Shown here piece after piece: positions 1 through 9,100 of a stretch of DNA of 64,000 nt. The position numbers and the translations under genes were made by a program. This stretch comes from Pseudomonadales bacterium (lineage in GTDB: Bacteria; Pseudomonadota; Gammaproteobacteria; Pseudomonadales; Azotimanducaceae): positions 256,416 through 320,415 of the forward strand of contig OY760134.1 in NCBI GenBank assembly GCA_963663145.1, read 5' to 3'. The notes under the pieces were generated by a model that saw nothing but the letters and a program-made list of their open reading frames with translations, did no database searches and was not told the DNA's origin. Positions within the stretch are counted from its first letter, which is position 1. The number at the start of each line of letters is the position of its first letter.

Positions 1-1091
1 TTGAGGGTGTTCGGGTGACACCGCTCGCGGCGATGGACCATGTGCGCCGCGTGTGCGCGGGTCTGCGAAGCCATATCGAAGGACTTTTCTCACAAGGCCT
101 GCCACAGACCCCACTCTATAAGACGCGTGTTTCCGTAGTGGGCGGAAACCTAGTGACCGCGCGACCGATCGGCACGTCCAGCGGCATCAATTTTCAGCAC
201 AGCGGAGTGGTCAGGCGTATCAATGCGGAACTCATTCGGGATCTGCTTGGCCCAGCCAGAATCGTGCTCTTGTCGCCCTTCGGTTACTCGCCTTGGGGCG
301 AACTCTACAACTTGGAGTCCGAGCAGTTGGCGGCGAGGACAGCGGAAGCCATCAAGGCCGACAAGCTCATTTTGTTCAGCGAAGAAAATTTGATCTGTGA
401 TTCCTCCGGAACGCGCTTGTCGGAAGCAGATCCAGAAGGGGTTGAGTCGAACCTGGGCAGCCTCGTCTGTGGCGAGATTACCAAGCGCAGCCTGAAGCTC
501 GCGGCCCAATTCACACATAAGACTGACATTCCAGCTCAAATCATAGGCGGTTCGGTCGATGGCGCGTTGCTGCAAGAGTTGTTTACCGCGGAAGGTCAGG
601 GAACCCGGATCAGCCAATCGCCCGGTAGCCGCGTGAGGCCAGCGACCTTAAAGGACGTAGCGACCATACTGGCGATGACGGGGCCGCTCGTTCAAGAGGG
701 CGCGCTCAGGAGTCGAGACCCCGACGCCATAGAAAGAAACATAGATGATTTTCTCGTCACCGAAGTCGATGGACTGGTTGCCGGCTGCTGTGCAGTGTCC
801 CTGCTCGAGGCAAGCGGCACGGCTGAGCTTTCCTGCCTCGTCGTGCATCCCAACTTTCGTGATTCGGCCGCTGGCGATGCCCTGCTTGATGCGGCCGTTT
901 TCAAGGCGAAGAAACTCGGCGCAGTCGACCTCCTCGCGTTGACCACTCAGGCCCAGCAGTGGTTTCGAGAGCGTGGATTTATCGCGACCGAGATCGATGG
1001 TCTGCCGAGTGAGATCCGCACTCAATGTCGGCAACGAAAATCGACGGCACTGGTGAAAACGCTGCGAGCGCCTGTAGGTGCCGCCTTGTAG
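1..1091 (+). CDS. argA: Amino-acid N-acetyltransferase (N-acetylglutamate synthase), 5' end outside window
   Basis: ORF 15..1091. The same frame stays open back to base 3, so the gene starts upstream of the window. An amino-acid-kinase-like part (VSVVGGNLVTARPIG, RIVLLSPFGYS) is followed by a C-terminal GNAT domain (GALLQELFTAEGQGTRI, VHPNFRDSAAGDALL, QQWFRERGF). It is collinear with E. coli ArgA from about residue 85. Confidence 0.85.
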   Translation, partial: EGVRVTPLAAMDHVRRVCAGLRSHIEGLFSQGLPQTPLYKTRVSVVGGNLVTARPIGTSSGINFQHSGVVRRINAELIRDLLGPARIVLLSPFGYSPWGELYNLESEQLAARTAEAIKADKLILFSEENLICDSSGTRLSEADPEGVESNLGSLVCGEITKRSLKLAAQFTHKTDIPAQIIGGSVDGALLQELFTAEGQGTRISQSPGSRVRPATLKDVATILAMTGPLVQEGALRSRDPDAIERNIDDFLVTEVDGLVAGCCAVSLLEASGTAELSCLVVHPNFRDSAAGDALLDAAVFKAKKLGAVDLLALTTQAQQWFRERGFIATEIDGLPSEIRTQCRQRKSTALVKTLRAPVGAAL

Positions 1092-1106
1092 CGAGCGAGG
1101 AACAAG

Positions 1107-2774
1107 ATGTCCAATAGCCGCATTCATTCCTCTGAGATCGTCGATGGCGTGGCCCAAGCACCGAGCCGTGCGATGCTTCGAGCCACCGGGTTCACCAGCG
1201 AAGACTTCAGCAAGCCGCTGGTGGGCATCGCCTCCACCTGGTCCATGGTGACACCCTGCAATATGCACATTGACCAGCTCGCGAAGCGTTCTTCCGAGGG
1301 TGCGGATCAGGCCGGCGGCAAGAGCCAAGTATTCAACACCATCACCGTTTCCGATGGTATTTCCATGGGTACTTCGGGCATGCGCTATTCCTTGGTCTCG
1401 CGCGAGGTCATCGCGGATTCGATTGAAACCGTGGCCGGTGCCGCCGGGTTTGACGGGATTCTCGCCATTGGTGGGTGTGATAAGAACATGCCTGGCTGCG
1501 CCATGGCGATCGCCCGGCTTGATCGTCCCGGCATATTTGTCTACGGAGGCACCATATTGTCTGGTGCCGAGCGACGCGACATCGTCTCGGTGTTCGAGGC
1601 TGTGGGCGCACACTCCGCAGGCAAGCTTTCCGATGAGGAACTGCTTGAGGTCGAATCCACGGCGATTCCAGGTCCCGGTTCCTGCGGTGGTATGTATACC
1701 GCCAATACCATGGCCAGCGCGATCGAAGCCCTTGGATTGTCACTCCCCAATAGCTCGGCGCAGAACGCCGTCTCCAAACAGAAGCTGGAGGATGCCCATC
1801 GGGCCGGCGAAGCGGTGGTGCGGCTCATTGAACGCTGCATCAAGCCGTCCGACATACTGTGTATCGAGGCCTTTGAGAACGCCATCACCGTGGCGACGGC
1901 GCTGGAGGGTTCGACGAACTTGGTGCTGCATCTGTTGGCAATCGCACACTCGGCGGGGATTCCCTTGCGCCTAGAAGACTTTGACCGGGTCGGCAAGCGC
2001 ACACCTGTGCTTGCCGACATGCGTCCGGCTGGCCGCTATTCCATGCCCGAACTTGTGGAAATAGGCGGTATTCAGCCGCTGATGAAAATGCTGCTTGAAG
2101 CTGGATTGTTGCATGGTGATTGCCTGACGGTGACCGGCCAGACGCTTGCGGAAAACCTTGCGCCGGTGCCGCCTTATCCGGACGGACAGACGATCATTCG
2201 GCCCCTCGACAATCCCATCAAGCCGGATGGCCATCTGGTCATATTGCGAGGCAATCTCGCCTCCGAGGGCGCGGTGGCCAAGATCACAGGTCACGAAGGC
2301 CTGTCGTTCTCCGGGTTGGCCAAAGTGTATGAGAGCGAAGAGTCCGCCATGCAGGCGATCCTCGACGGGAAGGTGCAGGAAGGGGATGTGGTGGTTATTC
2401 GCCATGAGGGACCGAGAGGCGGACCCGGCATGCGAGAAATGCTGAGCCCCACCAGCGCCATTTCCGGGCGTGGGCTCGATGGAAAGGTCGCGCTCATCAC
2501 CGACGGTCGATTCTCAGGCGGTTCGCACGGCTTTCTCATCGGTCATATTGCTCCAGAGGCCGCGATTGGCGGCAACTTAGCTTTGGTCGAAGACGGTGAT
2601 CCCATTCGCATCGACGCTCAAGCCAAGGCCATAGAGGTGTGTGTCCCGGACGACGTTCTGCGACAAAGGCGCGCAGCCTGGCGTCCGCCGGAGCCGAAAG
2701 CGCGGCGCGGAGTCCTGGCAAAGTACGCCGCGAGTGTTGCTTCGGCGAGCTTGGGGGCAGTGACGGATGCGTAA
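1107..2774 (+). CDS. ilvD: Dihydroxy-acid dehydratase (short ~555-aa form)
   Basis: IlvD/Edd family motifs are present: [62 protein letters not shown]. The gene starts 16 nt after the argA stop. Confidence 0.92.
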   Translation: MSNSRIHSSEIVDGVAQAPSRAMLRATGFTSEDFSKPLVGIASTWSMVTPCNMHIDQLAKRSSEGADQAGGKSQVFNTITVSDGISMGTSGMRYSLVSREVIADSIETVAGAAGFDGILAIGGCDKNMPGCAMAIARLDRPGIFVYGGTILSGAERRDIVSVFEAVGAHSAGKLSDEELLEVESTAIPGPGSCGGMYTANTMASAIEALGLSLPNSSAQNAVSKQKLEDAHRAGEAVVRLIERCIKPSDILCIEAFENAITVATALEGSTNLVLHLLAIAHSAGIPLRLEDFDRVGKRTPVLADMRPAGRYSMPELVEIGGIQPLMKMLLEAGLLHGDCLTVTGQTLAENLAPVPPYPDGQTIIRPLDNPIKPDGHLVILRGNLASEGAVAKITGHEGLSFSGLAKVYESEESAMQAILDGKVQEGDVVVIRHEGPRGGPGMREMLSPTSAISGRGLDGKVALITDGRFSGGSHGFLIGHIAPEAAIGGNLALVEDGDPIRIDAQAKAIEVCVPDDVLRQRRAAWRPPEPKARRGVLAKYAASVASASLGAVTDA

Positions 2775-2801
2775 GGGCGAAGCATTGGAAAAACGCGCGC
2801 C

Positions 2802-2822
2802 AAAAGGGAGAAAGTCCCTTTT
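2802..2822 (+). terminator. Candidate intrinsic terminator after ilvD
   Basis: AAAAGGGA-gaaag-TCCCTTTT forms an 8-bp stem with a 5-nt loop 28 nt after the ilvD stop, and the 3' arm is T-rich. Folded by hand only. Confidence 0.4.
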
Positions 2823-2980
2823 CGCTTCTCGCAGGTTCCACAGAAAGGGGGCGTATTCCCAAATCAAGCTTGCGCGACGCAGCGGCTTGCCTTGACGCAA
2901 AGGAAGCCTATTCAATTGTGCAGGAAGCCTTGATGCTTGACAAGCGATTAAAACTCATGTATAAGCCTTGACTATGACTA

Positions 2981-2992
2981 TTGATATATCAA
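2981..2992. promoter_or_regulatory. Perfect 12-bp palindrome TTGATATATCAA in the AT-rich region upstream of the giant adhesin gene
   Basis: Seen directly. It lies in a conspicuously AT-rich ~120-bp stretch (2950-3070) between ilvD and the 3135 start. Its function as an operator is only a guess. Confidence 0.2.
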
Positions 2993-3096
2993 GTAATTTT
3001 GGAGAGAATTAGATAAGCTGTTGATAATTCATTAGTTATTGCTAAGGGGCAGATGAAGGGATTCATTACCATCCGCGATTTGGGAGCGTACCCACC

Positions 3097-3104
3097 GGGG
3101 GGGG
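3097..3104 (+). repeat. Homopolymeric G8 tract, 30 nt upstream of the giant adhesin start codon
   Basis: The sequence reads cccaccGGGGGGGGaactcg. I did not notice another G/C run this long near a gene start, but I did not scan the window exhaustively. Confidence 0.9.
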
Positions 3105-3134
3105 AACTCGGCGTCCAGCCTGGAGAGCAGTAGA

Positions 3135-6100
3135 ATGAAGCCCGGTTCGCAAAAGTTAAGTACTTTTGCGGGCTGTAGCCTGCCTTTACTGCTGATCATC
3201 CTCGCTTGGCTTTGGGCGACACCCGTCTTGGCACAAAGCGTGACGCTGTCGACAGGCTATTCACCCACCGTGAAAACGGCGACCTTGACCATTTCCGGCC
3301 ACACGGCCGCTTGGTGGCACAAGAGCGACCAAACCAACGCCACCTGCGCTTCCGTCGCCGCCAATTCCTCAAGCGCGGATCTGACCAACCTGACCGGTGG
3401 CACCACCTATGTGTGGAAAGCCTATAGCGATAGCAGTTGCAGCACTGAGCTTGCAAGCACGACCTTCACCACCATTGCCGTCACCATTGATCAGGTCACC
3501 GCGACGACGGCGAGGCTGAACCTCAATCACAACACCCATCGGACTTGGTCTTACAAGCAGACATCGCCGACAAGCAGTCCTGCCCAAGCTTGCCAGCAAG
3601 ACTGGCTTTGGGCGTTTAATCCAGAAGATAGTCCGCAATCGCTGACCGGATTATCGCCGAGCTCAAGCTACACCTTTACCGTCTATTGGGGCGCCGGCTG
3701 TGCGGCCGGAAAAGAGGCCGAAGCTGTCGCCTTCACTACTTCCGCTGCCACGCTGGCGGTCAGCAGCATCACGACGACAACGGCGACCCTGACCATTTCC
3801 GACCATTCGAACATCGCTTGGTGGTACCAAGGGAACCAAAGTGGCGCGACCTGCACGTCTGTCGCCGCGAACACCCTGACCGCGAATCTGGCCGACCTGA
3901 CAGTGGGTACGGAATATACCTACAAGGCCTATCGTGCCTCGGGCTGCGCTGCGGCAAACGAGATCGCCAGCCGCACTTTCACCACCCTAGCCGGCCCCCC
4001 GAGCGCGCCTTCCAATCTGAGCTCAACAAAATCTTGGCGTCCCGCCAGTCTCCCTCCGAATCCCGTGCAATACCCGAGTGGGATTCGGGTGCGATTCTCA
4101 TGGACCTCGGGTGCGGACAACGGCGCGACGATCACAGGCACCGACCTGCGATACCGACGAACGAGTCCCGTGGGCAGCTGGCAGATCCAGAGGAACGCAC
4201 ATATAACCGAAGCAACCCTGACGTTTGTTTCGACCATCACCAATTTCGGCAAGGCGATGGAGTTCCAGGTCAAGGACGACAACTCCAAGGGGGCTGGCAC
4301 GTGGTCCGCGTCTTCGGCCTTTACGGTGGCGCTCGAGCCAGCCAAGCCCACCGCACCGTCAATTACCCCCGGCCACAAGCAGTTGGGCCTTTCTTGGACG
4401 GCACCCGACAGCCGCGGCGCGGACATCACCGGCTATGAGGTCCAATACCGCTTGGGCAGTTCCGGAGACTGGACCGACCATACGCACTCCGGTACCGGAA
4501 CGACAGCGACCATCACCGGCCTGAACATAGCGACCGCCTACCAGGTGTGGTTCAGAGCCACCAACTCCGAGGGAGATGGGGCATGGTCGGATGCCGCGTC
4601 CGCAACCACACTCGATAGGCCGGGCGAAGTCGCGGGCCTGACCGCCACCGCCGGCAGCGACGGGTCCATCGATCTGGACTGGACCGCCATAAGCGAGGCG
4701 GCAAGCTACAAGGCGCAGTACAAGTATGGTACCCAAGACTGGTCGGCGACGCGGCAGTCCACGGCGACCACCAACTCGCTCAACATTGCCCGCAGCTTAC
4801 TCACCGCGAACACTGCCCACTCCTTCCGGGTGGCGGCGACAAACGGCAGCGGCGATGGTCCCTGGTCCGACGAGGTGGTGGCGACGCCGGTGGACGTGAC
4901 ACTGCAGGCGAGTACTGTCGGGGCGGACAGCGCGACTCTCACGATCGGCAACTACAGTGGCACTTGGTATTACAAGCAGAGCGCGCCGACGGCCGGAACC
5001 TGCTCTAGCGGGGTGTCCACCGCATCAACGACTCTAAGCAGCCTATCGACCGGCCAGATCCACACCTTCAAGGCCTATAAGGACAGTCAATGCACGGGCG
5101 CCGTGCTTGCCACCGCGCCTCCATTCCTGACCAAGCCCGGCAAGGCGGCTGGCGTGACGGCCACCGCGGCCGCCGCCGCCCTCGACCTGAGCTGGACCGC
5201 GACCACTGGCGCGTCGGGCTACAAGGTGCAATGGAAGTCCGGCAGCGACGATTGGAGCGCCACCAGCCGGCAGACCACCTCGACCACCGCCTCGGCGACG
5301 ATTCCTTCACTGACCAACGGCACGATTTACACGGTGCGCGTGGCGGCGGTCAACGACGTCGGCGACGGCGTCTGGTCGGACACCGCCACGGGCACACCGT
5401 CCGGGAGCGTGCTGCGCTTGGCGGCGGGGACATCGACAGGCGGTGCGGTGATCAACATCTCGGGACATGCCGGAACCTGGTACTCGAAAGCTACCCCGCC
5501 CACGGACGCCACCTGCGAAACGAACAGTACCTCCACAAAATCCGTGACGGGCAAAAGCTCGGGCACCAGCTACACGATTACGGCCTACAGCGACTCGAAC
5601 TGCGCGACCCAACTCACGTCGCTCGGGTTCACCACCCTGCCCGCCAAGGTGACCGGCGTGACTGTTGTGGCGCGCGCCGCCTCGCTCGGTGTGAGCTGGA
5701 CGGCGGAAACCGGCAACGCCGCCACCAGCTACAAGGTGCAGTGGAAGTCCGGCGCACAGGGCTACGCCGCCAACCGCCAGGTCATCACCACCAAGACCCG
5801 TGCATCGCTGACCGGCCTCACCAACGCCACGCAGTACACCATCCGCGTGGCGGCAACGAATGCCGGCGGCCCCGGCTCGTGGTCCGACAACGCCACCGGC
5901 ACGCCTTCGGCGACGGCGGTCACGCTGACCGCTAGCGTGACCGCCAGCGGGGGTTCGTTCACCCTCGCCAACCATGCCGGAAATTGGTGGTACAAGATCA
6001 CCCCGCCAGCCACCGCGACCTGCAGCCAAGGCCCTTCCAGCAAAACGCTCGTCAGCTCCACCTTGAGTTCCGGCACTGAATACACGCTCGCGGCCTACAG

Positions 6101-9100
6101 CGATTCATCCTGCGCCACGAAGCTCACCTTACTGGACTTCCTCACCCTGCCCGCAAAGACGACCGGCGTGACACTCGCCAACCAAGGCGCGTCCCTGCGC
6201 GCGAGCTGGACAGCCGTGACCGGCGCATCGGGCTACAAGGTGCAGTGGAAGTCCGGCAACGAGAACTTCGGCACCACCCGGCAGACCACCTCCGCCACAA
6301 CCTCGGCGACGATTCCTTCGCTGACCAACGGCACGGCCTACAGCATGCGTGTGGCGGCGGTCAACGCCGCCGGCGACGGCGCTTGGTCGGACACGGCGAC
6401 CGCGACGCCTTCGGTCAAGCTGATCGCCAGCAAGGTCACCGCGACCGGCGCGAGGCTGACCCTGGCGGGCCACACCGGGAGCTGGTACGTCGCTGGCTAT
6501 CGCGGCAACACCACGGTCATCGCCTGTAGCCGGGTGGACGGCTCTTGGAAGGACGTGACCCTACAGGGAAACAGGAGCTACTATTACGCGGCGTTCAGCT
6601 CTTCAAGATGCGAAGAGCCGGTGCTGGCGGACACGAGCTTCACTACGCCGGGCGCGATCAAGCTGCTGGCCGACAACGTCACCAAGAGCTCGGTCGAACT
6701 GTACCTTTATGGCTACAACAAGCGCGCCGGGGATCCGGATGTCTGGTACAGCCTGCGGCCGGCGAGCGGCAGGGCCGTGGTGGGGTGCGGCCGTTGGGGC
6801 CGGTCGCAAATCATCGGCGTCAGCCCCCTGGGCGCTGGGCAAACCTACACCGCGGAGGCGTTCTGGGACAGGAATTGCTCGCCGGAGCAGCGGCTGTCGA
6901 GCGTGACCTTCACGGCGCTCACCGATGCGGATGGGCCGCGCCCGTCGCTGGCCGCATCGAACCTGACCAGCACCGGCGCGACGCTGACGCTGTCCAACCA
7001 CACCGGCAACTGGTGGTACCAGAAGGGCGTCAACGGCGCCTGCACCGCAGTGACCGGCGGCGCGACGAGCGTGCACGTCACGGGGCTGACACCCAATAAG
7101 GACCAAGTCTTCTGGGCGTGGAGCCAAGACGAATGCGACCAGGCCGACGAGTCGACCGAGTGGTACGCCACGGCGCACTTCACCACCCCCGGGACGGTGA
7201 GCGTGTCGGTGGGCGACAAGACATCCACGGGCTTCACGCTCACGCTGCGTGGCTACACCCAAGCCAACGGCTATCCGGACACTTGGGCGTTCAACGTGCT
7301 GCGCAAGGCAAGCAATGGCTACTGGGAGGGCAGCCTCTGCCGCACGCTGCCGCGCGCCACGGACACCGCAGCGGTCACGGGGCTGGAGGCTGGCAAGCAG
7401 TACACGATCAACATCTACAACAGCCCGACCTGCAACTTCGCGTCCACAATTGTCAGCGCGACGCCGGTGACCATGACGAGCATGGCCGCTGGCAGCGTCG
7501 GGCCCTCGTCGGCGACGCTGACGCTGGAGCACCACGAGGGCGCGTGGTCGTACAAGGGCGGCGAGGCATCGGGGCAGGGCGCCGGCGCATCCTCCTCGTC
7601 AGGCGCGGGACAATGCCGATCCGTGCCTGCGGGCACCTACACCGCCGAGCTCGACAACCTGAGCGCGGGCACCGACTACGCCTACACCGCCCACTTCGGC
7701 GGGAACTGCGCGGGCGGCGAAATCGCCGCAACGAGCTTTACCACGCCGCAGTCAGCGACACCCGGCGCACCTGACGAACTCGCGGCCACGGCCGGAAACG
7801 CGAGCATCGCTCTGACTTGGAACAAACCGTCGGATGCGAGCATCACGGGCTACGAATACCAAGTGAGCCGCAACGACACGAATGGCGGCAAACTCAACGT
7901 CTGGAGCGACTGGATGGCCATCGGCGGTGCCGGCGCGGACACCGTTCTGCATAATGTTTCTGGGCTGATCAACGGGCACGAGTACCGCTTCCGCCTCCGA
8001 GCAGTCAACGATGCTGGGACGGGCACGAGCGCCCCCGTGGCGGCACCCTATTATGTCTCGGCGATACCGGAAGCCGACAAGAGGCCGTCGCCGCCGGCGA
8101 CGCCAAACTCGGTCTCCGTGGCGCTCGGCGATGGTGTTTTGAAAGTTGCTTGGTCGGCCGTCGAGCGTGCGACGGGCTACCACATCACCTACAGTTCCGA
8201 CAACGGCGCAAGCTGGAAGCTCGCGGCGGAGAACCATGCCGACAAACGGATCGCGATCTCCGGGGTGGACAACGCGCTCACATACATCGTCGGGGTGCGC
8301 GCCGTGAACGAGTACGGAAAAAGCGGCTGGACCAACTCGTCGCCCGTCGGACCCTTTTCCCCCGGGTCGCCGGAAAAGCCGGTCGAGGTGTGGGTCCTGT
8401 GCGGCGACGGCACTCTGAAGGTCTTCTGGTCGGCTGTCGAAGGCGCGACGGACTATCACATCACCTACAGCTCCGACCACGGGGCGAACTGGCACTTGGC
8501 GGCGCTGAATCATCCAACCAAAACCATCGAGATTGCGGGAATCGACAAGGCACTGACCTACATCGTCGGTGTGCGGGCGCGTAACAGGCACGGGTACGGT
8601 GGCTGGACCAACTCACGGCGCGCCGGGCCCTGCTCCGACGACGGCGCTTGGACGACGGGCGCGGGCATGGGCCCGTCCGGGGCGGCGGTGTCGCCGGTGC
8701 CGAACCTCGTGCCGAGCTTCGCAGGCGATGTCATCGTGCCCGATGCGTCCTCTTGGAAACAGAACACGCCCATCGAGCCGGTCACATTGCCCCGTGCCCA
8801 AGGCGGGAACGGGACGCCGATCTACTCGCTGTCGCCGGAGCTGCCGCAGGGACTCAGCTTCGATCCGGCCACACGGCTGCTGTCCGGCACACCCGCCGAG
8901 GCGCTTGAAGAGACCATGTACACTTATTCGGCAGCAGATGCCGACGGCGACGCGGCGGAGTTGACCTTCGCCGTCCGCGTGGCCGCGGACCTCGCGCCGG
9001 GCTTCGCCAACGCGGAGCCAATTTCGCTGCGCCTTGAGCAGTACAATGCCATGGATCCCCTGACGCTGCCGGAGGCGCGCGGCGGCGATGGGGAACTGCA

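Noticed and set aside
648-1613. 321-aa minus-strand ORF spanning the argA-ilvD junction
   Set aside because: It is antisense to both conserved genes and has no motifs.
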